Position numbers and translations under genes: made by a program
In this document: positions 1-9,985 of the stretch, piece after piece
Layout: every line of letters begins with the position of its first letter
How positions within the stretch are numbered: the first letter of the stretch is position 1
Source: Candidatus Multivoradales bacterium
Lineage (GTDB): Bacteria; Acidobacteriota; Thermoanaerobaculia; Multivoradales; JAHEKO01
Direction of reading: 5' to 3'
Length of the DNA stretch: 64,000 nucleotides
Assembly: GCA_965223155.1 (NCBI GenBank)
Contig: CBDCVR010000014.1
Span: forward strand, 1,024,001 to 1,088,000
Notes under the pieces: model-generated
Told to the model about the DNA's origin: nothing
Databases searched by the model: none
Seen by the model: the letters and a program-made list of their open reading frames with translations, nothing else

Positions 1-960
1 TACGTCCAGAAAGACGACCGCGAGGCGGGTTCCCTGGGCGCGGGTCCGCCGGTCCAGATCGGCCAGAGCCTGGGCGTAGTAGCCCTCAACGACCGAGAAC
101 TTGGTGTCGTTGAGGATGGTGCGGGTGGATTTCTGCGGCTTCGGTCGAACCCGGGGCGGCGCTTTGGGCTGCCCCATCAGCCGTGCCCACAATCTCTGAG
201 ACGAGGGCCGCTGGAGCTCTTTCGAGATGCCGTCGTAGAGAGCGGCGGTGCGTAGCGAGTACCGCAATCCGGCTCGAGCCGGCGACGAGGTGCCATCCAG
301 CTCGGCCAGGCTCGCGGCGATCGCCTCGTAGTCGAAGACCTCGAACTCCGGCCGCTCGGCCAGCTCTTCCGCGCTCCGGTAGCTCAGGAGATCGTGCGGG
401 TCGTTGCCGAAAACGACGAGCACCACGGTGCGCGGAGCGAGGCGCTCGAGGTAGATCCTGGACAGCACGTACTGCTGGTAGATGCAATCGCCCTGGCGGC
501 CCATGTTGTAGACCGGCCAGCCGAGCTCGGTGCGCAGGATCTCAGCGGCCGTTTGCTCGGCTTCGACGCCGTGACCGTAGATCAGCGAGTCGCCCAGAAG
601 CAGGATCTCCCGCTGCTCCAGGCCCTCCGGATTGCGAAACCCAAGCTCGTCGGTGCGGTGACGCCAGCGGTACCCGTTCCAGTAGGCGCCGGTCTCAAAG
701 CGTGTATGCAGAAACGTCGAGCGGCTGACCGGCTCCAGGAAATACATGCCGCCCGGAAAGACACCGTACTTCGAGTAGACGTGGTTGCCGAGCCGCGGGC
801 TCAAGACCCCCGGCGCCAGGCGCAGCACCCCCTCGAGCAGCCCGAGCGCGAAGAGCAGACTCAGGGCGAGGGCCAGAAGCGCGAAGGCCCGGCGGCGCCG
901 GGCCGGTGCTCGCTCGCCGGCCGCGGTTTCCCCGTTCGATGGTCCCTCCCGCCGTGCCAT
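1..960 (-). CDS. SGNH/GDSL hydrolase-family membrane-anchored protein (partial, runs off left edge)
   Basis: Hand translation from ATG 960 is open to base 1: N-terminal TM (AFALLALALSLLFALGLLEGVLRL), TDELGFRN, block I LLGDSLIYGHG, VYNMG, FGND. Absent from the ORF track because it is truncated. Confidence 0.8.
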   Translation of the reverse strand, partial: MARREGPSNGETAAGERAPARRRRAFALLALALSLLFALGLLEGVLRLAPGVLSPRLGNHVYSKYGVFPGGMYFLEPVSRSTFLHTRFETGAYWNGYRWRHRTDELGFRNPEGLEQREILLLGDSLIYGHGVEAEQTAAEILRTELGWPVYNMGRQGDCIYQQYVLSRIYLERLAPRTVVLVVFGNDPHDLLSYRSAEELAERPEFEVFDYEAIAASLAELDGTSSPARAGLRYSLRTAALYDGISKELQRPSSQRLWARLMGQPKAPPRVRPKPQKSTRTILNDTKFSVVEGYYAQALADLDRRTRAQGTRLAVVFLDV

Positions 961-1002
961 GGCCGCGACTATACGGCAGGTTTCCTCGGATATTCTCCCG
1001 GC

Positions 1003-2001
1003 GTGTCTTCCTGGAGACGAGATCTTCTGCGCTGCCTCAGGTGCGGCGCCGGCCTTGCGATCACCTCCGAAGAGGCTTCCTGTACCGCCTGCGCGGCAAG
1101 CTACCCAATCCGGAACGGAGTCGCCGAGTTCCTGGGCGAGCCTCATCCGACGGTGGCCCGCGAGATCGAGGCAGTGGCCGCGCTCGACGGTGGCCCGTCC
1201 GGCAACCGAGCCGGCCGGAACGAGCTCGCCGCTCTAATCCGGGGCCTCGACCGCACGGTGCCCGGGGAGGATCCCCGTGACCATCCCGAGCTCCGAGCCG
1301 GCCTCGAACGCTTCCCGAGCTTCGCCGCCTTCGCCCACACCCGGCGCCGAGCGCTCGCCATGCTGGCCGAGCTGGCCCTCGCTCCCGGGCGCACAGTCGT
1401 CGAGCTGGGAGCGGACCACTGCCTCGCGAGCTCGACCCTGCTCGACGCCGGACACCGCGTCGTCGCCATTGACATCACCGATCACCTCAAGCTGGCGCCA
1501 CGCCCCGAGCATCCCGGTCTCTGCCGGATCAAGGCGGACATGAACCGGCTGCCGATCGCCCCAGGCTCGATCGATGTCGTCTGGGCCACCGCCTGCGTCC
1601 ATCATTCCTGGAGCCTGGAGCGAACCTTCGCCGAGGCTCGCAGGGTGCTGGCCCCGGACGGACTGTTCGTCCTGCTGAGCGAGCCCATGCCCGCCTGGCC
1701 CCGGTTTCTTCTCTTCGGTCTCGGCCGGCGCTTCGGCGCCGCCGAGCGCGAGCTCGGCATCAACGAGACTTTGCACCGGCGGGGCCGCTGGCTGGCCGCG
1801 GCCCGCGGCGCCGGCTTTGCCCCCAAGCTGCGGTTCCCGCGCCTGTCCGAAACCGAGCTGGCTCGCCGTCTCGAGGACGTGCCTGGGATCCTACGCCCGC
1901 TGGCTCGGGCCCTGGCCGGCCGCGGAGCGCCTCTCGCCCAGGTCTCGATCCACATGATCGCCGTCCCGGACGGGCGCGCCGTCGCTCCGGCGGACCGATA
2001 G
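1003..2001 (+). CDS. Class I SAM-dependent methyltransferase with N-terminal Trm112-like Zn finger
   Basis: LRCLRCG..CTAC..YPIRNGV at the N-terminus; VVELGA, IDI, ADMNRLP, DVVW..VHH motifs. GTG 1003 chosen because TATTCT lies at 991-996; the ORF-track start at 394 overlaps the opposite-strand gene. Confidence 0.75.
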   Translation: MSSWRRDLLRCLRCGAGLAITSEEASCTACAASYPIRNGVAEFLGEPHPTVAREIEAVAALDGGPSGNRAGRNELAALIRGLDRTVPGEDPRDHPELRAGLERFPSFAAFAHTRRRALAMLAELALAPGRTVVELGADHCLASSTLLDAGHRVVAIDITDHLKLAPRPEHPGLCRIKADMNRLPIAPGSIDVVWATACVHHSWSLERTFAEARRVLAPDGLFVLLSEPMPAWPRFLLFGLGRRFGAAERELGINETLHRRGRWLAAARGAGFAPKLRFPRLSETELARRLEDVPGILRPLARALAGRGAPLAQVSIHMIAVPDGRAVAPADR

Positions 2002-2010
2002 ACTCGATCC

Positions 2011-2847
2011 GTGATGGTGGGTGAGCTGGTCGAGACCGGGCGCAAGCAGTTACAGGCAGCGCCCTTCCAACCCAACCCGAGGGAGGCGCATCTCCTGCTC
2101 TCTCACGTCCTGGGGCTGTCCGAGGCCTCGATCCTGGCGCGTTGGGACGAGGCGGTCTCGAGCGCCGATGAGCGAAGCTACCGGGCCCTCCTCGAACGCC
2201 GGCTGACCGGCGAGCCCGTTGCCTATCTCCTGGGCGAGCGCGAGTTCTACGGCCGGCCCTTCGCCGTCGATCGGCGCGTCCTGATTCCGCGGCCCGAGAC
2301 CGAGCATCTGATCGAAGCGGCCTTGGCCCTCGACCCGGCTCCGGCCCGAGTGCTGGATCTCGGAACCGGATCCGGCTGTCTGGCGGTAACCCTGGCGCTC
2401 GAGCTCGGCGACGCCGCCGTCGTGGCCGTGGACCGAGCTGCCGGTGCCTTGGACGTGGCCCGCGCCAACGCCCGCTCGCTGGGCGCCGGCGCGCGCGTCC
2501 GCTTCGTCTGTGGGGATCTCGCCGGCGCCACGGATCTCGGCGACTTCGATCTGGTGGTCTCGAATCCGCCCTACGTCGGACGCCATGAAGTGCCCGATCT
2601 GTCGATCGAGGTCACCGGCTTCGAGCCGCACGAGGCCCTGTTTCCGGCCGATCATCCGGATGCGGTCATCGAGTGTCTTCTGGCCGAGCTCGACGGCCTT
2701 CGCCCCGGAGCCCACCTCCTCGTCGAGATCGGACACCTTCAGGCTCCGCGCCGCCAGCGGCTGCTGGCGAACACCGCCTTCGAGCTGGTGCGAACCGTTC
2801 CCGACTATCAAGGCATCCCGAGGGTCCTAGTGACCCGGCGGCGGTAG
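2011..2847 (+). CDS. prmC: Release factor glutamine methyltransferase
   Basis: RRLTGEPVAYLLGEREFYG, VLIPRPETE, LDLGTGSG, SNPPY. Confidence 0.95.
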   Translation: MMVGELVETGRKQLQAAPFQPNPREAHLLLSHVLGLSEASILARWDEAVSSADERSYRALLERRLTGEPVAYLLGEREFYGRPFAVDRRVLIPRPETEHLIEAALALDPAPARVLDLGTGSGCLAVTLALELGDAAVVAVDRAAGALDVARANARSLGAGARVRFVCGDLAGATDLGDFDLVVSNPPYVGRHEVPDLSIEVTGFEPHEALFPADHPDAVIECLLAELDGLRPGAHLLVEIGHLQAPRRQRLLANTAFELVRTVPDYQGIPRVLVTRRR

Positions 2848-2895
2848 GATCGCTCTCCGGACTGCCAGAGGCCGGCCGGAATTCCGGAACTCAAG

Positions 2896-4161
<1,266 letters not shown>

Positions 4162-4173
4162 TCCCGGCACGCC

Positions 4174-4518
4174 ATGGAAGACTGCCTTTTCTGCAAGATC
4201 GCGGCGGGAAAGATCCCGGCCGACACGGTTTTCGAAGACGACGAGTTCCTAGCCTTTCGCGACATCGATCCGCAGGCGCCGGTACACATTCTGGTCATCC
4301 CCCGCCGGCACGTGGCTTCGCTGCTGGAGCTCGAATCCACGGACGACTCTGTCATCGCCGGACTCTACCGCCGAGCCATCGACATCGCTCGCTCCGAAGG
4401 CCTGGGTGAGCGTGGCTTCCGGACGGTGATCAATACCGGGTTCGAAGGCGGTCAGTCGGTGTTCCACATCCACCTGCACCTCCTCGGCGGCCGTTCCCTG
4501 GGCTGGCCGCCCGGGTAG
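4174..4518 (+). CDS. hinT: HIT-family purine nucleoside phosphoramidase
   Basis: DCLFCKI, GGQSVFHIHLHLLGG histidine triad. Confidence 0.92.
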   Translation: MEDCLFCKIAAGKIPADTVFEDDEFLAFRDIDPQAPVHILVIPRRHVASLLELESTDDSVIAGLYRRAIDIARSEGLGERGFRTVINTGFEGGQSVFHIHLHLLGGRSLGWPPG

Positions 4519-4524
4519 TCCCGC

Positions 4525-6744
4525 GTGTACTGGGCCGCCGCAGTCCTCGTTCTGGCGACGCAGGGGGACCCCCGGATCGAGGTCGCTCGGCTGCTCGACG
4601 AGGGCCGCACCCGCGATGCCCTGAGCACGGTCGAGCACGCGCTTGCCGAGCGCCGGCAAGAGGTCGAGCCGCTGGGTTTCGACTACCTGCACGGACACCT
4701 CCTGGAGGCGGTCGGGCGCGACCAGCGCGCCCACGAGGCCTTCGTCAGAGCCATGTCCACCACCCCGGTCCTGGCCCCGTACAGCCGGTACCGGCTGGCG
4801 CTCAACCAGGAGCGCCAGGACCACCCCGAGGTCGCCGCCGGCCTGCTGGCGACGCTCCTGGGCTCGGAGCCGCCCGAGACCCTGGTGCAGCCGGCGGCCG
4901 AGCGCCTCGCCGCCGCGGTCGTCGCCGGCGCCGACTGCCGGCTGCTCGGCAACGCGGACGGCTGGCGCATCGAACCTCGCGCCCAGCGCCTGATCGAGGT
5001 GGCACGCGCCGACTGCGAAGCGCAGTCGGCGCGCTCTGACGACGCCGTGCGCAGGCTCCTGGCTCTGGTCGAAGCCGATTCCCGGGACGACGCCGCCCGG
5101 CTCGCCTCCAGCCGGCTGTCGCGGCTCGTGGGCCGGCAAGCGACCTCGAGGGTCTCGCTGCTCCTGGGCCGGACGTTTCATCATCACCGCCAGTTCGACC
5201 ACTCCACTCACTTCTTGCGCCGCGGTCTCGAACAGGCGGAGGAACCGGACCCCGAAGCACTCTACGCGCTTGCCCGCAGCCACTTCTGGCGCAGCGAGTA
5301 TCTGCTGTCCGCTGCCGAGTTCGGGCGTGTCGCGTCGCTGGCAACCCGGCCCGAGAACAAGGCCCGCGCGCTCTACCAGCAGGGACGATGCTACGAGCTG
5401 GACGGCGCCTGGGACGCGGCCCGGTCGAGCTTCCGGCTGGCCTATCTCGCCGATCCCGACGGCCGCTGGGCCGACGCCGCCCTGCTGTCGGCGCTCCGCA
5501 TCGAATGGCGAACGGGCTCTGAAGCAAGCGCCCTCGAGCTCTACGAGACCCTGGCGGCCCGGCGAGAATGGTCGGGCCTTTTCGAGAAGGCGTCGGTCTT
5601 TCTAGCCAGCTCCGAGATCGTGCGCGGCCGCGGCACGCGCGCCGAAGATTGGCTCGCCCGCGCCAGCCGCGCCCGGCGCCAGCCGCTCCCGGACGTGGAC
5701 TTCTGGCGCGCCCGCTTGGAGGAGCAGAAAGGCAACCTGGCCGCGGCCGCCGAGCTCTACCTCGAGCTCTTGACCGACGACCCTTTGCACCCTCTGGCGC
5801 GCGCGGCCGAGCGGCGCCTCACCGATCCAGCCATGCTCGCGACCAGCCGGAGCCTGGGTCGCAGGCTCGCCGGTGGCGACTCGACCGCCGACCTCTACGG
5901 CGCCATGCTGATCGCCGACGACGCGCTCGCGATCGCGGCGCGGCAAACACTCGAGACTCGTCTCCGGTCGCGGTCAGCCGCGGCGCCGTACCTGGACATT
6001 CTGCTCCGGGAGCCCGAGACCTGGCCGCTCTTCTCGAGGTCTCTGGACGAGCCCGAGGAGATCCTGCTGGCCCTCGGAATGTGGAGTGAAGGTGGAGCGG
6101 CGGCATTGCGCCACTTTCCAGCAGACGATCCGGGCCTGGCCCTGGCTGCGGCAGACCGTCTGGCCCGGGCGGGAAGCCACCACCGGGCGGTGCGCATCGC
6201 GGAGATTCTCTACGACCGGGCGCGAGCGGCGGTTCCGGTCGAGCTGCTTTCCCCGATCCTGCGCCGCCGGGCCTTCCCGATGCCCTACCAGCAGGTCCTG
6301 GTCGCCAACTCCCGACGCCACGGCGTCGATCCCTTCCTGCTCTCGGCCATCGTGCGCGAGGAAAGCCGGTTCGACGCCGGCGCGATCTCGGCCGCCGCCG
6401 CCCGGGGGCTGACCCAGTTTGTCATTCCCACCGCCGAACGTCTGGCCGGCAGGATCGGCCTGGCCACGATTCGGCCCGAGGACCTCCACCGGCCCGAGAT
6501 CTCCCTGGCCCTCGGCGCCGCCTATCTGGACGAGCTGGACCGCCGCTTTGGCGGCCAGACCTACGCCGTCGTCGCCGCCTACAATGCCGGCGAGAATCAG
6601 GCCGCGCTCTGGCAGAGCTACTGCTTCAGCCGCGAGCCCGAGGAGTACTTCTCGAAAGTGGGTTTTCCAGAGACCCGTGGCTACCTCGAGAAGGTCCTGT
6701 CCAGCCGCGAGCACTACACACGGCTCTACGCTCGTCCTCTCTAA
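4525..6744 (+). CDS. TPR-containing soluble lytic transglycosylase (Slt70-like)
   Basis: Helical TPR-like repeats, then SLT domain AIVREESRF, ARGLTQF..TA, AYNAG, ETRGY. Confidence 0.88.
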   Translation: MYWAAAVLVLATQGDPRIEVARLLDEGRTRDALSTVEHALAERRQEVEPLGFDYLHGHLLEAVGRDQRAHEAFVRAMSTTPVLAPYSRYRLALNQERQDHPEVAAGLLATLLGSEPPETLVQPAAERLAAAVVAGADCRLLGNADGWRIEPRAQRLIEVARADCEAQSARSDDAVRRLLALVEADSRDDAARLASSRLSRLVGRQATSRVSLLLGRTFHHHRQFDHSTHFLRRGLEQAEEPDPEALYALARSHFWRSEYLLSAAEFGRVASLATRPENKARALYQQGRCYELDGAWDAARSSFRLAYLADPDGRWADAALLSALRIEWRTGSEASALELYETLAARREWSGLFEKASVFLASSEIVRGRGTRAEDWLARASRARRQPLPDVDFWRARLEEQKGNLAAAAELYLELLTDDPLHPLARAAERRLTDPAMLATSRSLGRRLAGGDSTADLYGAMLIADDALAIAARQTLETRLRSRSAAAPYLDILLREPETWPLFSRSLDEPEEILLALGMWSEGGAAALRHFPADDPGLALAAADRLARAGSHHRAVRIAEILYDRARAAVPVELLSPILRRRAFPMPYQQVLVANSRRHGVDPFLLSAIVREESRFDAGAISAAAARGLTQFVIPTAERLAGRIGLATIRPEDLHRPEISLALGAAYLDELDRRFGGQTYAVVAAYNAGENQAALWQSYCFSREPEEYFSKVGFPETRGYLEKVLSSREHYTRLYARPL

Positions 6745-6792
6745 TCTGGACGGCCGGGCTTGGCAAAGCCCTTTCGAAGGGCGGACGAGCCG

Positions 6793-7563
6793 TCAGCCCG
6801 ATGAGCCATCCGCGCGCTCGACGCCCAGAACCACGTCCGCCGGCGCCTCGCGATCGCTCTCGAAGTGATCCTCCACGTCGGCTTCCCGGCGTAGCTCCTC
6901 GGTCCAACTCAGGATCTCGGCGTTGAGACGTTGTTCGCGGAGCACCTGCCGGATCTCCTCCCGAACGTCGGCCAGGGGCGGCAAGCTCCGCCCGCGGCGC
7001 TTCATCTCATCGGCCAGGGCGCCGTCGTAGTAGGCGCGAATGTCGTCCAGGCTGACGAAGACCTTCGGACCCAGGCGCTCGTCGACGTAGGTCAGGATCA
7101 TGACCTGGCGAGCCACCATCTGGCGCACGTCGTCGAAGGCCAGTCCCAGCTCGTCCAGGCGGGCCCGGAAGGCCGCCTCGCTCGCGAATCGCGCCTTTAC
7201 CTCTCCGACCGCCCGATCCACTTCGGCCAGCGAGATTTCGGTGAACCCGAACCGATCCACCTCGTGCGCTCGGAGCCGCTCGTCGATCATGAGATCCAGC
7301 ACCCGGCGGCGAAACTCGTGCTCGCTCTCGGCCCCGGCCCGGCTCACGAGCTCCAGTCCGATGGCTCGGTCCAGGTCCGAATCCAGGATCGGGTCCTCGT
7401 CCACCACCGCAACGATCCGGTCCACGAGAACGCCTGGTGAGGCCGTCGAGGCCTCGTCTCCAGCCTGGGCGGCAAGCGTCGCGCACGGCACGATACCCGC
7501 CGCCGCGCAGGCCGTGACAAGGGCCGAAAGTGCTTTTGTCAGGGGCCTTTGCACGGCGCGCAT
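6793..7563 (-). CDS. SurA N-terminal-domain chaperone-like protein (no PPIase domain)
   Basis: Signal-like N-terminus, VDRIVAVVDEDPILDSDL, VLDLMIDERL, W..ELR..ADVE. Alternative start GTG 7554. Confidence 0.75.
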   Translation of the reverse strand: MRAVQRPLTKALSALVTACAAAGIVPCATLAAQAGDEASTASPGVLVDRIVAVVDEDPILDSDLDRAIGLELVSRAGAESEHEFRRRVLDLMIDERLRAHEVDRFGFTEISLAEVDRAVGEVKARFASEAAFRARLDELGLAFDDVRQMVARQVMILTYVDERLGPKVFVSLDDIRAYYDGALADEMKRRGRSLPPLADVREEIRQVLREQRLNAEILSWTEELRREADVEDHFESDREAPADVVLGVERADGSSG

Positions 7564-7618
7564 GCTAGCATGGCGGTCCTTTCGCTCCGGCCGACCAGCC
7601 GTTTCTCGATCCGTCGCA

Positions 7619-8440
7619 ATGTCTACGCAGATCACCGTCGGGATCGCTCAGATCGACAGTCGCCTGGGTGAGGTCGAGGCCAATCTGGAGCGCCATCTCG
7701 AGTGGATCGAGGCCGCTCGGAAGCGCGATGTCGAGCTCCTGATCTTTCCCGAGCTCTCGCTTACCGGCTACCGGCTCCTCCATCTAACCGGCAAGGTGGC
7801 TCTGCGCCCCGGAGACTCCCCCGCCCTGGATCGGCTGGGCCAGGCCACCAAGGGGCTGACCGTCGTCGCCGGCTTCGTCGAGGAGGACGCCAAGGGCGTT
7901 CTTTACAACAGCGCGCTCCTGATCGAGGACGGCCGCGTCGCCCATATCCACCGCAAGCTCTATCTCCCCACCTACGGCATCTTCCAGGAGGGGCGTTTCT
8001 TCGGCTCGGGACGCAAGCTGGCGATGCCGCCGGCGAGTCCTCTGGGGCTTCTGATCTGCGAGGATCTCTGGCATCCGCACGTGGCCCGAAGCCTGGCGCT
8101 CGCCGGGGCCAAGGTCCTGATCGTGGTCTCGGCCGGGCCCGGCCACCTCGGCTCGGGACCCGAGCCGGCCAGCCAGGAAGCCTGGCAGGCGCTCACCCGC
8201 TCGACCGCCCTCGTCAACACCTGCTGGGTGATCTACTGCAACCGGGTCGGCTGGGAGGAGGGCTCGTTCTACACCGGAGGAAGTCATGTGGTGCGACCGG
8301 GCGGCGAGCTGGTCGAACGGGCTCCCTTCCTGGACGAGCATCTGATGGTGACCACGATCGACCTGCGTGAGGTCGACCGGCTGCGCTGGCGCCTGCCGCT
8401 GGTGGACGCGGAGCGAACCGATATCGAGGGGCCCCAGTGA
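7619..8440 (+). CDS. Nitrilase-family amidohydrolase, probable glutaminase subunit of NAD+ synthetase
   Basis: Glu-Lys-Cys triad in FPEL, HRKLYLPTYGIFQEGRFF, LICEDLW; GTGA overlap with nadE. Confidence 0.88.
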   Translation: MSTQITVGIAQIDSRLGEVEANLERHLEWIEAARKRDVELLIFPELSLTGYRLLHLTGKVALRPGDSPALDRLGQATKGLTVVAGFVEEDAKGVLYNSALLIEDGRVAHIHRKLYLPTYGIFQEGRFFGSGRKLAMPPASPLGLLICEDLWHPHVARSLALAGAKVLIVVSAGPGHLGSGPEPASQEAWQALTRSTALVNTCWVIYCNRVGWEEGSFYTGGSHVVRPGGELVERAPFLDEHLMVTTIDLREVDRLRWRLPLVDAERTDIEGPQ

Positions 8441-9273
8441 TCCGCAAGCAAGACGTCGCCAAGCGCCTGCGACTGGACCCCGAGCTGGCGACACGAGTCC
8501 TGACCAGCTTCGTCGCCGATGCCATCGCTTCGACCGGCGCCCAGGGCGTCGTGGTGGGCCTTTCCGGGGGCGTTGACTCGGCCCTGGCTGCCGCGCTGGC
8601 GGCCCGCGCTCTGGGCCCGGAGCGCGTCCTGGCCTTGCTCATGCCGTACCGGGAGTCCTCTCCGGAATCCGCCGCTGACGCCGGCCTGGTGGTCGATTCG
8701 CTCGGCATCGAGGCGCGAACGCTCGACATCACGCCGATGATCGACGCTTACTTCGACGGCTTCGAGCCCGACGCTTCGAAGGTACGGCGGGGCAACAAGA
8801 TGGCGCGCGAGCGCATGGCCATCCTCTTCGACCACGCCAAGGAGCGGCAGGCCCTGGTTCTGGGCACGTCGAACAAGACGGAGATCCTGCTCGGGTACTC
8901 CACGATCTTCGGCGACAATGCCAGCTCCATCAACCCCCTGGGCGACCTCTACAAGCAACAGGTCTGGCAACTCGCCGAGCACCTCGAGCTGCCCGGGCGC
9001 GTCATCTCGAAGAAGCCGTCGGCCGACCTTTGGCCGGGCCAGACCGACGAAGGCGAGCTGGGCTTCGAGTACCGCCTGGCGGATGAGGTCCTGTACCTGA
9101 TGTTCGACCGGGGCCTGGCGCCGGCGGAGATCGTCGAGCGCGGCTACGACGCCGAGGCGGTCGACAAGATCACTGATCTCGAGCGCGGCAATCGGTTCAA
9201 GAGGCGTCTCATGCTGATCGCGCGCCTGTCCGCGAGCGCGATCAATCTGGACCGGGAAATTCCTCGAGATTGA
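8437..9273 (+). CDS. nadE: NAD+ synthetase (single-domain)
   Basis: GLSGGVDS, GNKMARERM, GTSNKTE..LGYSTIFGD, PLGDLYK, KPSADL..GQTDE. Confidence 0.96.
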   Translation: MIRKQDVAKRLRLDPELATRVLTSFVADAIASTGAQGVVVGLSGGVDSALAAALAARALGPERVLALLMPYRESSPESAADAGLVVDSLGIEARTLDITPMIDAYFDGFEPDASKVRRGNKMARERMAILFDHAKERQALVLGTSNKTEILLGYSTIFGDNASSINPLGDLYKQQVWQLAEHLELPGRVISKKPSADLWPGQTDEGELGFEYRLADEVLYLMFDRGLAPAEIVERGYDAEAVDKITDLERGNRFKRRLMLIARLSASAINLDREIPRD

Positions 9274-9971
9274 GCGGCACGCTCCGCATCGTCGCGACGC
9301 CGATCGGCAACCTGGACGATCTTTCTCCGCGCGCCCGGAAGGCCCTCGAAGCCGCCGACCTGGTCGCCTGTGAGGACACCCGGCGAACCGGCAACCTGCT
9401 GCGCCATCTCGGCTTCAAGCGCCGCCTGATCTCGCTTCACGAGCACAACGAGCGCCTGCGGCTGGCGACCGTTCTGGCCGAGCTCGAAGCGGGGCAGTCG
9501 GTCGCTCTCGTGAGCGACGCGGGCATGCCGCTGGTCTCCGACCCGGGCTTTCTGCTGGTTCGCGAGGCCACCCGACGAGGCATCCCAATCGAGCCGGTGC
9601 CCGGTCCGTCGGCGGCACTGACCGCGCTCGTGGTCTCGGCCTTGCCTCCCCTGCCCTTTACCATCGTGGGTTTCCCGCCGCCCAAGACCGGCAAGCGCAA
9701 GAGCTTTTTCGGCCGCTTTGCAGGACTCGAGCACACCTGGGCCTTTTTCGAATCGCCGCACCGGCTGGTCCGCAGTCTGGAAGACGCTGTCGAGGTCCTT
9801 GGAGACCGGCCGGCTTGCCTGGCCCGCGAGCTCACCAAGATGCACGAAGAAGTCGTGCGCGGCCGGCTGGCCGAGCTCTTGGACCGGGTGCGCGTGAAGG
9901 CTCCCCGGGGTGAGTACGTCGTCTTGATCGGCGCCGAGCTCGGCCGCGACGACAAAGTCGGCTCGTCCTAG
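9270..9971 (+). CDS. rsmI: 16S rRNA (cytidine1402-2'-O)-methyltransferase
   Basis: VATPIGNL, CEDTR, SDAGMPLVSDPG, FESPHRL, RELTKMHEE. Confidence 0.96.
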   Translation: MSGTLRIVATPIGNLDDLSPRARKALEAADLVACEDTRRTGNLLRHLGFKRRLISLHEHNERLRLATVLAELEAGQSVALVSDAGMPLVSDPGFLLVREATRRGIPIEPVPGPSAALTALVVSALPPLPFTIVGFPPPKTGKRKSFFGRFAGLEHTWAFFESPHRLVRSLEDAVEVLGDRPACLARELTKMHEEVVRGRLAELLDRVRVKAPRGEYVVLIGAELGRDDKVGSS

Positions 9972-9985
9972 CCCGGCGAATCGCC

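Noticed and set aside
394-1002. Long N-terminal extensions in the ORF track (also for the nitrilase, iscS, ftsZ, murC, murD, ftsI, E1 and the Zn-ribbon genes)
   Set aside because: They overlap neighbouring genes; motifs, RBS, -10 boxes and stop/start overlaps support downstream starts, so these are not fusions
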